Positions 40,319-49,210 of a stretch of 64,000 bases of DNA are shown piece after piece (position 1 is the first letter of the stretch; every line of letters begins with the position of its first letter). This DNA is from an uncultured bacterium (GTDB lineage: Bacteria > Patescibacteriota > Minisyncoccia > Moranbacterales > UBA2206). The notes under the pieces were generated by a model. That model was not told where the DNA came from. It saw only the letters and a program-made list of their open reading frames with translations, and did no database searches. Both the position numbers and the translations under genes were made by a program. The DNA lies in assembly GCA_903937035.1 (NCBI GenBank), contig CAIZXS010000017.1, forward strand, positions 660 to 64,659, written 5' to 3'.

Positions 40319-40771
40319 ATGATGGACAAGAAAAAAGTTAAAATTGAAAAAGCAACGCCGGAAGTAAAGGCCGAAGCAGGCAGATATTTCTATGCAGTCG
40401 GAAAAAGAAAAACCGCCATTGCTCAGGTGCGCATCTATCCAACGGACACACCAGCTGACACGCTGGTCAATGATAAGAAATTGGAGCTCTATTTTTCTGT
40501 CCAACGTTTCGCTGATGTAGTGAAATCTGCCCTAACTTCTGTTGGACTTTCAGAGAAATTTAATATTACCGTGAAAGTGACTGGAGGCGGAATCAACGCC
40601 CAGGCCGAAGCAATTCGTTTGGGAATTTCGAGAGCGCTGATTAAGTTTGATGAGAGCTTGCGCAAGGTTTTGAAAGCAGAAGGCTTTTTGACTCGAGACG
40701 CGAGAGTGGTAGAAAGAAAGAAACCGGGACTCAAGAAAGCCCGCAAATCTCCACAGTGGGCTAAACGTTAG
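40319..40771 (+). CDS. rpsI: 30S ribosomal protein S9
   Basis: GKRKTAIA and LTRDARVVERKKPGLKKARKSPQWAKR. Confidence 0.98.
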   Translation: MMDKKKVKIEKATPEVKAEAGRYFYAVGKRKTAIAQVRIYPTDTPADTLVNDKKLELYFSVQRFADVVKSALTSVGLSEKFNITVKVTGGGINAQAEAIRLGISRALIKFDESLRKVLKAEGFLTRDARVVERKKPGLKKARKSPQWAKR

Positions 40772-40800
40772 GCTTTTATATTATATTTTGTATTTATTCA

Positions 40801-40828
40801 GAAACGAGCTATATGCTCGTTTCTTTTT
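40801..40828 (+). terminator. Intrinsic terminator after rpsI
   Basis: GAAACGAGC-tatat-GCTCGTTTC followed by a T-run. Confidence 0.7.
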
Positions 40829-40841
40829 AATTATTTTTTTC

Positions 40842-40958
40842 TGTCATTCTGAGCGCAGCGCAGCGGAGTCGAAGAATCTGCTATAGGTTATTGTAAGTTT
40901 TATTATATTACAGAAAACTTGAGGTGATGGGTAGCAGATCCTTTGACTGCGTCCGAGT
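40842..40958. repeat. Family A palindromic element, right end truncated
   Basis: TGTCATTCTGAGCG...GTCGAAGAATCTGCTA / TAGCAGATCCTTTGACTGCGTCCGAGT. Confidence 0.75.
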
Positions 40959-41141
40959 GTAGTTCTACTAAAACACGTTGAACGTACCGAATAATTTGCC
41001 AAGGCGGCCTAAGGAGGTAGGGAGCCATTGGCAAAAAGGGATTTCGAAATGTATCTACACAATACACTAGAAATCCCTTTTAATGTTGCAAAAAAAGCCC
41101 AAAGCATTCCTGCCCGAGCTTTTTTAAAAGTATTGTAAAAA

Positions 41142-41429
41142 CTATTTCTTCAATTTCTTCTTCGAAACCACTTTCTTGGTTTCGGCTTTTGGTTTTCGAA
41201 TTCTTTCCTTCTTTGTCTTTGGAGCAGCTTTTTTTTCGGCGATTTTCTTGAAACGGTCGACGCGACCAGCGGTGTCCATTGATTTCTTCTTGCCGGTGTA
41301 GAATGGGTGGCAAGCAGCGCAGATTTCTACCTTCATTTCTTTAACGGTAGACCCTGCCTCGATAATATTACCGCAAGCACAAATAATCTTGGCGTCTGGG
41401 AAATATTTAGGATGGATGTCTTTTTTCAT
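41142..41429 (-). CDS. rpmE: 50S ribosomal protein L31 (Zn-binding type)
   Basis: MKKDIHP, CACG and [10 protein letters not shown]...GRVDRF. Confidence 0.97.
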   Translation of the reverse strand: MKKDIHPKYFPDAKIICACGNIIEAGSTVKEMKVEICAACHPFYTGKKKSMDTAGRVDRFKKIAEKKAAPKTKKERIRKPKAETKKVVSKKKLKK

Positions 41430-41557
41430 AAATTTCGTTGATTTTGGTTTTCATGAGTTGGAAATAAGGCTTAAATAAGGCCTGATTATAAGTACCCTGA
41501 AAACGCTAAATTTAGACTATTAATAACGCTAGGTAAATTTAGCACGCTTTCTAGAAA

Positions 41558-41730
41558 TTGACAAGTGGAGCGAGAGCTGATATAGTAGCTAGGTACAAAA
41601 ACTCATATTTTCCGAGCATTGTCCTGCCCTAGGACGCATACGGACTGGGGATTAAGATGCTGGTTTTAAAAGCAATTTTGAAATCAACGGAAAATAGCGG
41701 AAGCGTTTCTCACTTTTCTGAGAAGCGTAT
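41558..41730 (+). promoter_or_regulatory. rpsB promoter and structured leader
   Basis: TTGACA-17-TATAGT (41558-41586); stem TATTTTCCG/CGGAAAATA encloses AGCAT/ATGCT and a GCAA-loop hairpin. Confidence 0.6.
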
Positions 41731-41751
41731 AATAATTAAAGGAATAATAAT

Positions 41752-42579
41752 ATGGAAGAGAAAAATGTTTCAGTTCCGACCGGGACTGAAAATGAAAAAG
41801 CGGCGGAAACTGTAGCCGATTGTTTTTCGGATTTCGATTTTTCAAAAATGGAAATCAGTATAGAAGAGATGTTCAAAAATGGCGTACATTTTGGACATCA
41901 TAAATCAAGAAAAAATCCCAAGATGGACGATTTCATTTTTGGTGTAAAAAATGGTATCAACATTCTTGATTTGCAAAAGACAGCTCAGATGCTAAAAGAA
42001 GCTTTGACTTTTATTGAAAAAGTTATTGCGAGCGGACAGAAAATTCTTTTTGTAGGAACAAAGAAGCAAGCCAAGAAAATTGTTGAGGCTGCGGCGAAAA
42101 GATGTGACATGCCCTATGTGACGGAGCGTTGGCTTGGTGGAACATTCACAAATTATTCCGCTATTTCTGGACGGACAAGATATCTTCGTGACGGACAAGA
42201 CAAGATGGAAAAAGGAGAATACGGGAAATATACCAAGTTTGAACAAATGAAGTTTGCTGAAGAGTTGGAGCGCTTGGAGACGAAAATGGGTGGAATAAAG
42301 CATATGGACAGATTGCCTGGTGCTATATTTGTGACTGGTGTTGTTGAAGATAATTTAGCAATCAAGGAGGCTAGGATCAAGAACATTCCTGTGATTGCGC
42401 TGGCTGACTCCAACATTGATCCGCGCGATATTGATTACATCATACCCGCTAATGAAGACGCCGTTTCTTCGCTTAAGATCCTGATGGCCTATGTTATCAA
42501 AGCTGTGCTTTCTGCTAAACAAAAAGTAGTAGCAGACAAAGCAGCGTTAGATAAAGCTGCAGCTGAGGTGAAAAATTAG
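41752..42579 (+). CDS. rpsB: 30S ribosomal protein S2
   Basis: GVHFGH, ILFVGTKKQA, RWLGGTFTN and IPANED. Confidence 0.98.
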   Translation: MEEKNVSVPTGTENEKAAETVADCFSDFDFSKMEISIEEMFKNGVHFGHHKSRKNPKMDDFIFGVKNGINILDLQKTAQMLKEALTFIEKVIASGQKILFVGTKKQAKKIVEAAAKRCDMPYVTERWLGGTFTNYSAISGRTRYLRDGQDKMEKGEYGKYTKFEQMKFAEELERLETKMGGIKHMDRLPGAIFVTGVVEDNLAIKEARIKNIPVIALADSNIDPRDIDYIIPANEDAVSSLKILMAYVIKAVLSAKQKVVADKAALDKAAAEVKN

Positions 42580-42600
42580 TAAATATTTTCTAAAAAAAAT

Positions 42601-43185
42601 ATGTCAAATCTAGAACAAATAAAAAAAATTAGAGAAATGCTTGGTTCAGGTATCGTGGAAACAAAAAAAGCCTTGGATGAAGCGGGTGGAGATGAGGAAA
42701 AGGCGATTGAGATTATTCGTAAGCGTGGGCAATTGAAGGCAGCAAAGAAGTCTGACCGTGAGGCTGGCGAAGGTGTTGTAGTATCTTACATTCATCCGAA
42801 TAATAAATTGGGTGCAATCGTGAAGCTTTATTGCGAGAGTGATTTCGTTGCTAGAAATACTGAATTTTTGGAATTAGCTAAAGATATCGCAATGCACATT
42901 TGCGCGATGAATCCGCAATATGTGAAACCAGAAGATGTTCCAGTTGCAACGCTTGAGAAAGAGAAAGAAATTTGGCAAGAGCAATTGAAGGCTGAGAATA
43001 AGCCAGCTGAAATTATGGCAAAAATTCTTGAGGGCAAAGAAAAAAAGTTCCGTGAAGAATTAGCCTTACTTACTCAAAGCTACGTCAAAAATCCAGACCA
43101 AACTGTTGAGGCGCTGATTACAGAAAAGATTGCCAAGATTGGAGAGAATATTCGCGTGGGAGGATTTACTCGAATGGAGTTATAA
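42601..43185 (+). CDS. tsf: Elongation factor Ts (short form)
   Basis: KKAL, EG.V.SYIH, CESDFVARN and KIGENI. Confidence 0.96.
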   Translation: MSNLEQIKKIREMLGSGIVETKKALDEAGGDEEKAIEIIRKRGQLKAAKKSDREAGEGVVVSYIHPNNKLGAIVKLYCESDFVARNTEFLELAKDIAMHICAMNPQYVKPEDVPVATLEKEKEIWQEQLKAENKPAEIMAKILEGKEKKFREELALLTQSYVKNPDQTVEALITEKIAKIGENIRVGGFTRMEL

Positions 43186-43205
43186 AATAATAGGCTCGAA
43201 ATACA

Positions 43206-43979
43206 ATGAATGTTTTAGTAAAGATATATTCCTGGGAGAGTCCACGATTGTGCGCGAGTGAGATTAGGCTCAAAGCCGGAGATCGCGTAGTTGTGAATTG
43301 TGAGCATTTCAATGAAATGGGAGTTGTTGAGGCTGATGGAAAAGAGAATTGTCCAAAGGAGAAAGAACAGATTTTAAGACTTGCAACTACTCGAGATAAG
43401 GAGGCGTATGCTGCAAAGGAAATTGAAAAAGAGGAAGCCTTGGATTTTTGCAAGAGCGAACTTAAAAAACTGGGATTGGCAATGAAAGCGATTGATGCAA
43501 GGATTAGTCTTGATGGAAAGCAAATAATTTTCATTTTCACGTCAGATGGTAGGGTTGATTTTCGTGAGTTAGTAAAGAATCTCTCTCTGAAATTCAAAAA
43601 GGTAATCAGAATGCAGCAGATCGGTTCTCGTGATGAAGCAAGAAAGTTAGGTGATTGTGGTGTGTGTGGAAGAGCGATGTGTTGCATTAAGGCGAAAAAT
43701 AACATTCCTAGTATTACGACAGATATGGCGAGAGTTCAACAAATAGCACACAGAGGGACTGAGCGAATTTCTGGAGCTTGTGGGAGACTGATGTGTTGTT
43801 TAGCATATGAAGCACAAAGTTACAGAGAGATGCTCGTGGGAATGCCAGAAGCCTATAGTGCGATTAGCACAGTTGAGGGTGAGGGCACGGTTATAGAGAT
43901 AAATGCGATTACGCAGGAAATTAAGGTTAAACTGAAGAGTGGAAAATATCTGACAATGAAGAAGGATCAGATCAAATAA
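43206..43979 (+). CDS. PSP1/RicT (YaaT) family protein
   Basis: RVDFRELVK, QIGSRDEA, CGRAMCC and ISGACGRLMCCLAYE. Confidence 0.9.
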   Translation: MNVLVKIYSWESPRLCASEIRLKAGDRVVVNCEHFNEMGVVEADGKENCPKEKEQILRLATTRDKEAYAAKEIEKEEALDFCKSELKKLGLAMKAIDARISLDGKQIIFIFTSDGRVDFRELVKNLSLKFKKVIRMQQIGSRDEARKLGDCGVCGRAMCCIKAKNNIPSITTDMARVQQIAHRGTERISGACGRLMCCLAYEAQSYREMLVGMPEAYSAISTVEGEGTVIEINAITQEIKVKLKSGKYLTMKKDQIK

Positions 43980-43997
43980 AATAAAATTATTCAATTT

Positions 43998-44780
43998 ATG
44001 TTATATTCAATTATTCCACCAATTTTAGTGATTTTGAGCGTTATTGGAATAATTATTTTTTTGGTCAAGAAGGCCCCGGAAATTAATCGTCTGGAGAGAG
44101 AAGAGAAGATGGAAAAGGAAAGGGAGTTTCGAGCAGCGTCAGGTGGCTCTGGTAATTTTTCCGATAGAGGTGTAGCTGAATCAAGAGTATCTTCAAAAAT
44201 AAAGCAAGGTTCATTGGTTTTTCTGGAAAAGTTGGTCAAGCGTTTTCGAATTATTTTTTTGAAGTTAGAGAATACGCTGAAAACTTGGGGTGAGGGAATC
44301 AGAAAAAAAAGGGATTCTAAGTCAGGCAGTGATGTCTTGAACGCAGAGCTCCAATCAAGGACTGATCAATTTGAAGAAGAAATGACTAAGCCAAAAGAGA
44401 ATGAAGCCTTGGATGGTATTGTTGATAAGACGGGACGGTACAATCCGGAAAAACGAAATATTCGTGAAAGATTAGGATTGAGGCAGGTGGCCAGACAAGA
44501 GGAGGTGGAGGAGAAGTTTTTTCGACCATTTGTCAGCGATCATGTTGTTGTTCCCAAAAGAAGGCGAGAGACAAAGAGTCGCCTAGAGGAATTGCTAATA
44601 GAGAGGATTGCTGCAAATCCAAAAGATATCGAGGCTTATGAAAGATTGGGAGAATATTATCTAGAAGTGAAAAACTTGGAACATTCCAAAGAATGCTTTA
44701 AGCAGGTACTGAGATTGAACCCGACAAATAAGAATGCAAGGTATAAAATAAGAAAACTGGAAAAAATCCTGGGAAGCTGA
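43998..44780 (+). CDS. Membrane-anchored protein with C-terminal TPR
   Basis: N-terminal TM; NPKDIEAYERLGEYY...FKQVLRLNP. Confidence 0.75.
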   Translation: MLYSIIPPILVILSVIGIIIFLVKKAPEINRLEREEKMEKEREFRAASGGSGNFSDRGVAESRVSSKIKQGSLVFLEKLVKRFRIIFLKLENTLKTWGEGIRKKRDSKSGSDVLNAELQSRTDQFEEEMTKPKENEALDGIVDKTGRYNPEKRNIRERLGLRQVARQEEVEEKFFRPFVSDHVVVPKRRRETKSRLEELLIERIAANPKDIEAYERLGEYYLEVKNLEHSKECFKQVLRLNPTNKNARYKIRKLEKILGS

Positions 44781-44866
44781 TAGAATAGTATGGTATGAAA
44801 AATAGTGTCCGCCTGCAACGTTTTATCGACAATGCGGGCAAGCCAGAAGTGGCGCTATTGATGTGG

Positions 44867-45014
44867 TGTATTGCCGAAGTAGCGGAGTGGCAGAGCAACA
44901 GTTTGGTAAATAGTTGCGCTATCAAGGTTTGAAAACAAAATGTATTGCCGAAGTAGCGGAGTGGCAGAGCAACAGTTTGGTAAATAGTTGCGCTATCAAG
45001 GTTTGAAAACAAAA
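44867..45014 (+). repeat. Two identical 74-bp tandem units containing degenerate tRNA-Thr 5' halves
   Basis: 44867-44940 equals 44941-45014; each has GCCGAAGTAGC..TGGCAGAGCAAC but no T-arm. Confidence 0.85.
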
Positions 45015-45020
45015 TGTATT

Positions 45021-45092
45021 GCCGAAGTAGCTCAATGGCAGAGCAACTGTTTTGTAAACAGTAGGTTATCGGTTCAACTCCGATCTTCGGCT
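45021..45092 (+). tRNA. tRNA-Thr(TGT)
   Basis: Acceptor GCCGAAG/CTTCGGC, anticodon arm ACTGT-TTTGTAA-ACAGT, T-loop TTCAACT. Confidence 0.93.
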
Positions 45093-45119
45093 CAAAAAAA
45101 TGAAAATAAAGGAAATAGT

Positions 45120-45203
45120 GGGTCTGTGGCGGAGCAGTCCCTGCCTACCGGCAGGCAGGAATCTCAGCTGAATGTAAATCAGCCGATCTCGTATCTACGC
45201 AGG
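45120..45203 (+). pseudogene. Degenerate tRNA-Tyr 5' copy with a 20-bp palindrome in the D-loop
   Basis: Aligns to 45258-45321 after removing CCTGCCTACCGGCAGGCAGG (45140-45159). Confidence 0.8.
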
Positions 45204-45257
45204 CGCGTCCCTCACCAATTTTGAACAATTAAAATATTTAGGGTAGAAGAAGCACAT

Positions 45258-45341
45258 GGGTCGGTGGCGGAGTGGTCAATCGCAGCTGACTGTAAATCAG
45301 CCGATCTCGTATCTACGCAGGTTCGAACCCTGCCCGGCCCA
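45258..45341 (+). tRNA. tRNA-Tyr(GTA)
   Basis: Acceptor GGGTCGG/CCGGCCC, GCTGA-CTGTAAA-TCAGC, long variable arm, GGTTCGAACCC. Confidence 0.95.
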
Positions 45342-45403
45342 CAAGGATACCCTAGTTCGAAATTGGTGAGGGATGAAAACCCTGCCCGGCCCATATCATT
45401 CAT

Positions 45404-45476
45404 GCCGTTGTAGCTCAGTCGGTAGAGCATTTCCATGGTAAGGAAAAGGTCTCCGGTCCGATTCCGGACAACGGCT
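45404..45476 (+). tRNA. tRNA-Thr(GGT)
   Basis: Acceptor GCCGTTG/CAACGGC, TTTCC-ATGGTAA-GGAAA. Confidence 0.92.
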
Positions 45477-45531
45477 CACAGAATTATTGAAGAGAAAGTT
45501 TAATTAAGTTAAATTATTTTTTTATACCATT

Positions 45532-45687
45532 ATGTCACGAGAAAACTTAGCAAAGCTGAAATGCTTGGAATGCGCCAACATTAATTATTTCACAACCAGA
45601 AATAAGAAAAAACTGAAGGAAAAATTGGAAATGAAAAAACATTGTCCAAAATGCAAAAAACATACATTGCATAAGGAGATGAAGTAG
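45532..45687 (+). CDS. rpmG: 50S ribosomal protein L33 (not in the ORF track)
   Basis: [18 protein letters not shown]...[18 protein letters not shown]. Confidence 0.96.
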   Translation: MSRENLAKLKCLECANINYFTTRNKKKLKEKLEMKKHCPKCKKHTLHKEMK

Positions 45688-45761
45688 GGTTTAGAGCAAA
45701 GTTCTCCGTCCTTGCGAACGATAGCGGGCTTGCCCGCCGAAGTCCGCTGTGGCGGACGCAG

Positions 45762-45832
45762 GCGGGATTCGTACAGTGGTAGTACGGGAGTCTCCAAAAC
45801 TTCTAACGTAGGTTCGATTCCTACATCCCGTG
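45762..45832 (+). tRNA. tRNA-Trp(CCA)
   Basis: Acceptor GCGGGAT/ATCCCGT, GGAGT-CTCCAAA-ACTTC, GTAGG-TTCGATT-CCTAC; follows rpmG. Confidence 0.94.
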
Positions 45833-45976
45833 CACTTGAGAATAGAACCAACTTGAGGCTTGGATAAGGCCTCTTTTTGGTTCTAATTTTTTTAGAAAAA
45901 TATAAAACCCCGAATTTATGGGGTTTTGGTTTTGGTAGATATTCGCGAACGAACTCGCAAATATCTACCATTAAGG

Positions 45977-48346
45977 TTACCAGTCGTATAGTTCGAGGAA
46001 TTCCTCGAACGCTTTTTTAAAGGTTCTTTTTTCCACTTCTTTCCGTCCGACTTTACCCATGGTCTGGAGCATCTCTTTGTCCAGGGCGATAGCCGCGATG
46101 ATCTGGTCGCGCAGAGCATAGACACTCAATCCTTCGACGATAAAACCATCAAAGCCATGGCGGACATTTTCTTTTGGTCCGCCGATGTCAGTGACAATGA
46201 TTGGTAGGCCACAGGCATGGGATTCCAGGACGACATTGCCGAATGTATCTTTGGTCGAAGGAAAGACGAATAGGTCTGCTTTCTGGTAGCACTGAACCAA
46301 TTCTGCTCCCTCGAGATAGCCGGTAAATTCTACGGGGAAGCCACGGAGTTTTTTTTCCATTTTTTCCCGATAAGGACCATCGCCGACGACGATTAATTTG
46401 ATGTTGCTGCGGTTGAGTAGCTTAAATGCGTCAACTAAGATGGGCAGGTCTTTGTCTGAACTGATTCGGCCGACGTAGAGCAAGCGGAAGATTCCATCAT
46501 CTGGTTTTGGTCCTGGCTGGAAACGCTCCGTGTCGACACCTTTGGGGACGAGAACGATTTTTTCCGGTGGGACGGCGTTACGGATCAAGTCATCTCGGAA
46601 ATACAGTGACGGCACAAAAATCTTGTCACAATAACGATAAAACCAGCGGAGATATTTCCACATCGCATCTTCAGCCATCGGTTCTTCAGTGTAGGTACGG
46701 ATATATTGTGGCAGGGCGGTGTGATGGGTGATGTAGAGCGGAACCTTGAAGATAGTGGAGAGGCCGAGGCCGAACAGTCCCATACTGGCTGGCGTCGCTA
46801 CATGGATGTGAGTGAAATCTTGTTGGTAAAAATATTCCAGCATTTCAAGCATCGGTGGCCAGATCATCTTTACTTCCGGGTAAAATGGCAAGTCGCAGGA
46901 GGCGACAGGCGGGAAAACTTTTTCACCCCATTGACTTTCTTGGTTATCGCAGATAATTAGTTTATAATCGAGTGCCAGCTCTTCCGCTAGTATCTGCATT
47001 TGTTGTAGATTACGCGACACACCGTTCATTGCATGAAAGGTGTCAGTCAGATGAGCGACTCTCAATTTTTTCAATTCATACCCTGGTTTTTCCAATATTT
47101 CCGCGGCTAATTTTCTGGCGCCTAACCGAGTGTCATGAAAGATAAAATAGGCCAGATAAAATCCGATTGGAAAGACGCTGGCGAGGACGGCCAACGATAG
47201 GACACTTCGCATAATTTCAAAAATATCGCCTTTTTTGTTTGCTTCAACGATGTGATTGATGATATGCCGGATGCTTTCGTCCAGGACGCTAGAGAAAAGC
47301 TCGAACCATCCTTTGGAATGGTTCGGTTGCTTGCTATCTGATTTATCCTCGGCTACTTTTGTCAGGATGCTTATCAGCACTGATTGAAAATCGGAACTGT
47401 CTACTTGTTGGCTACCGAAAAAAGTTTTTGCTTTTACGAAAAGTGATTTCAGGAAGCGTTTATGACCGTTACTCTGGTCGAGAAAAGTATCAATTATTTG
47501 CAGTGCCTCGTTGTAGGGAATGATCTCTTCTAGAGCAGTTGAATGTTTGATCTTTTGATAGAGGATGCTGTAGAGATCCTGAGCCATATCCATCGGCACC
47601 GAACCTTGGCCGATAATCTCGATTTTTTCCGGTGAGGAAAAAATGTCAGCGATAGTTTTACCGGGGTGCCAAGTATAAACTTTCGCCCCTTTTAGTCCGG
47701 AGTGGTCATCACTGCCACCGATAAAAAACTTTTTCAGTGGATTGGTGAGTGCGTCTTTGATTCCAAACTTTTGGGCGATGGCTTCCAGTTGATCGCCTGA
47801 GACTTCTCTGACTACTTTCCGGACGAGCTGATTAAACTCTTCGCTTCGTGCGCCGTTAATCTCAAAAAAATCAAACAGTACCAAAAGTTGCCGAACATGG
47901 TCAGCGGTCAAAAGATTGTTGACCGAATAAAGCGGGTGTGCCAGTGCGTGATTGATCTTCTCAGTACGTAAATAGCGAACTAGGCCGTAGATGTTGAAGC
48001 GCAGTTCGATGGTCTTGTGGTACTGTGCGACAGTGATCTCGTAGACTAATACATGGACTTTGCAGCCATCGAGAAAGTGTCCGGTAATCTCAGCGCAGAG
48101 CGGACAAAATAGACCGGCTGCATTTAGATCCAGACAACCCTGAATCTCATTATGATCAGTCAGGGCAATTTCACTCATTCCTTTCTCTTTTAATTTTCTG
48201 TAGTAATCCTTTGGATCCACCAGTGATTCAGGATAAAATGGGAATTTGTGCCTGACCCAATTGGTTGGTTCTGTCGAATGTCGCGAATGTCCGTGCAGAT
48301 CAATCAGTATTCCTACTTGATCTGATCCTAACTCTTTTATCGTCAT
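45977..48346 (-). CDS. PHP-domain + GT4 glycosyltransferase fusion
   Basis: DLHGHS, LTDHN, AHP and GGSDDH (PHP); LYVGRIS..K and DLFVFPSTKDTFGNVVLESHACGLP (GT4); AGGAGG before ATG 48346. Confidence 0.9.
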   Translation of the reverse strand: MTIKELGSDQVGILIDLHGHSRHSTEPTNWVRHKFPFYPESLVDPKDYYRKLKEKGMSEIALTDHNEIQGCLDLNAAGLFCPLCAEITGHFLDGCKVHVLVYEITVAQYHKTIELRFNIYGLVRYLRTEKINHALAHPLYSVNNLLTADHVRQLLVLFDFFEINGARSEEFNQLVRKVVREVSGDQLEAIAQKFGIKDALTNPLKKFFIGGSDDHSGLKGAKVYTWHPGKTIADIFSSPEKIEIIGQGSVPMDMAQDLYSILYQKIKHSTALEEIIPYNEALQIIDTFLDQSNGHKRFLKSLFVKAKTFFGSQQVDSSDFQSVLISILTKVAEDKSDSKQPNHSKGWFELFSSVLDESIRHIINHIVEANKKGDIFEIMRSVLSLAVLASVFPIGFYLAYFIFHDTRLGARKLAAEILEKPGYELKKLRVAHLTDTFHAMNGVSRNLQQMQILAEELALDYKLIICDNQESQWGEKVFPPVASCDLPFYPEVKMIWPPMLEMLEYFYQQDFTHIHVATPASMGLFGLGLSTIFKVPLYITHHTALPQYIRTYTEEPMAEDAMWKYLRWFYRYCDKIFVPSLYFRDDLIRNAVPPEKIVLVPKGVDTERFQPGPKPDDGIFRLLYVGRISSDKDLPILVDAFKLLNRSNIKLIVVGDGPYREKMEKKLRGFPVEFTGYLEGAELVQCYQKADLFVFPSTKDTFGNVVLESHACGLPIIVTDIGGPKENVRHGFDGFIVEGLSVYALRDQIIAAIALDKEMLQTMGKVGRKEVEKRTFKKAFEEFLELYDW

Positions 48347-48673
48347 TCCTATCCTCCTTGTTTCGGGTTGTGATTTTGTTGGTAAGGGGCCGTTTCTCCT
48401 TATGCTTGAAGTGTAGCTAAGGGAAGCGGAATGGTCAAATTTATCAAGCAATAAAAATAATTGCTTTGAATAAAAGCAAAATTAATAGTTTTATTATTTT
48501 TTTACGTCTTTTTCTTTTGGCTGTTCCAACTTATCTAGTATAGCAGATATTGATAATCAAGGCTCAACTTGAACAATCTTCACGTCTATGCTACGTTTAA
48601 GCAGTTCATTGACAAATAGGAGTGGTGAAAATAAGCCTGGAAACATCAGATCAACAATAAAAAGGAGGCTGGG

Positions 48674-49210
48674 ATGAAACAAGTCCGAAGAATTATGATC
48701 TTTTACGCTTTTTTGATCATGACCAATATTGGCATCTTCGGATATGAATATTGGATCGTCAGGATGTCTTTTGGTCAGACCATCCTGGCTAGGTGTGTCA
48801 CTTTGGTGACGGACGTGTTTGAGGCAATCTTTTTTATCGACTCACAATTTTTGAAAAGGATCTCATTGGCTATCATCAGGAAACTGCCCGTAAAGATTGT
48901 CTGGAGCTGGTTGGAAAGCGGTTTACGCTTAGCGCTCATTGGACCGACGGTCTATCTGGTCAAGATGATTATACTGAATATTTTTCTGTTATTTCGGAGT
49001 TTCAACATCAATCCAATCAAGACAGAAAAAGTTCTATTCGCCTATTGTATTTCATTGGTGCTTTCTTTCTGTTGGGGAGCAGCCTTTGATCTTTTTCTGG
49101 AAGATTGGGCCAATAAATTTCTTTGTTTTTTACGGACAAAACTGTCCAGAGAGAAGAAATCTCAATGTGGGAAGGGAAATGAACTATGTGCAAAAAAAGT
49201 GAATGGTTAG
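48674..49210 (+). CDS. Membrane hypothetical protein
   Basis: AGGAGG SD; about 4 TM segments. Confidence 0.6.
   Translation: MKQVRRIMIFYAFLIMTNIGIFGYEYWIVRMSFGQTILARCVTLVTDVFEAIFFIDSQFLKRISLAIIRKLPVKIVWSWLESGLRLALIGPTVYLVKMIILNIFLLFRSFNINPIKTEKVLFAYCISLVLSFCWGAAFDLFLEDWANKFLCFLRTKLSREKKSQCGKGNELCAKKVNG

Noticed and set aside
44867-45014. CRISPR array
   Set aside because: Two identical 74-bp units with no unique spacers, derived from tRNA; no cas genes in the window.
44698-45971. ORFs 44698-45012, 44988-45224, 45212-45436 and 45585-45971
   Set aside because: They overlap tRNA genes or rpmG and are spurious frames.
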